Source: Phoronis australis
Lineage: Eukaryota > Animalia > Phoronida
Length of the DNA: 64,000 nt
Direction of reading: 5' to 3'
Assembly: GCA_002633005.1 (NCBI GenBank)
Contig: NMRA01000331.1
Coordinates: 404,267 to 468,266, forward strand
Shown here: positions 63,259 through 64,000 of the stretch, piece after piece
How the letters are laid out: each line of letters starts with the position of its first letter
How positions within the stretch are numbered: position 1 is the first letter of the stretch
Program-made: the position numbers and the translations under genes
The notes under the pieces: model-generated
What the model saw: the letters and a program-made list of their open reading frames with translations, nothing else
Databases searched by the model: none
Told to the model about the DNA's origin: nothing

Positions 63259-64000
63259 CTGATTTAAACAGGGCCCCAAGCTAAAAACTGTAGAAACCAC
63301 CCAATAGTACTTATCTTTTATTTAAAAAATAAGCCAAGCACATACCATCAGCACTATATGCACTTACCATGACAATAATTTGTAAGAGAAAAAAAGCTGC
63401 TCTTTTTTGCCTTGACAATCCACAGTTGCTATTTGTTGCTAACTGCTGTCCTTAAATCAACAACTGAAGTATACAGGTTATCACTGCCTAAGATTTTCCC
63501 TTAACAATTGAGCAATCAAAAAGAAGCAATTTCAGGTTGCATAAACCTTCACTAAAGGGAAAATGTGGTATCAATTTGCCCTAAGAGCCTAAAATGAGTT
63601 GCTTATGCACTGCTCAGTCATCACAACTATTATGGGTCAACAGCACAAGGAACACAATGACAATGCTCATGGAAATTCACAAATTTCTCCCTGACAAAAG
63701 CACAGCAATGCATGTCTGGAATTTAGGGAAATTGCAAGTTACACAAATAAATGTAATTTTTAAATTTTTATGTAAACAAAATGCCATGAAGGAATTCGAG
63801 ATGACATTTCACACTGAAATCTACTGCCACCTATTGGCAGCATAACAAGGCATGAGCAGCTGTGCAGAGATCACCACACAAAACATGACGTGAATAATTA
63901 GCATATCATGCACTTGTTAGTCTGCCAGAAACAACACTTACAAAAAGACAATTTCATCTGCATTTAAAGTTATACGTCTACATGTTAAACATACTGCTAT

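Noticed and set aside
63361-63370. Strong donor-like site ATG|gtaagtg on the minus strand
   Set aside because: No ATG-initiated phase-1 frame leads into it; at most a UTR exon, which cannot be supported here.

Overview
AT-rich, repeat-dense genomic DNA of a bilaterian invertebrate (the repeat types are mollusc-like; the species cannot be determined from sequence). The window is mostly intronic sequence from the 5' part of a large minus-strand spectraplakin gene (MACF1/dystonin/Shot family). Four phase-compatible exons (50029-49968, 37217-37128, 36032-35955, 34531-34439) rebuild a complete CH1 actin-binding domain. There is a likely first coding exon at 61066-61000 and a candidate alternative one at 60542-60311. 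A 472-codon Ser/Cys-rich exon (17728-16313) ends at a phase-0 donor and looks like a CH1-less alternative N-terminus. I found no CH2 exon by eye, so the gene probably continues left of the window. That would nest an intact, single-coding-exon Xaa-Pro aminopeptidase 1 gene (XPNPEP1, 1193-3052, +) antisense in one of its introns. The rest is mobile DNA: an internally deleted RTE LINE whose 5' end folds as an HDV-like ribozyme with an unusual L3 hairpin; Helentron-type (HINE) elements whose ~145-bp internal repeats each carry a co-oriented CTCF-consensus motif; a TA-flanked TIR element with a HIRAN-like pseudogene; a Kolobok derivative with a THAP remnant; an ISL2EU/Harbinger-type transposase remnant; LINE fragments; and many MITEs. 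All calls were made by eye, without database searches.
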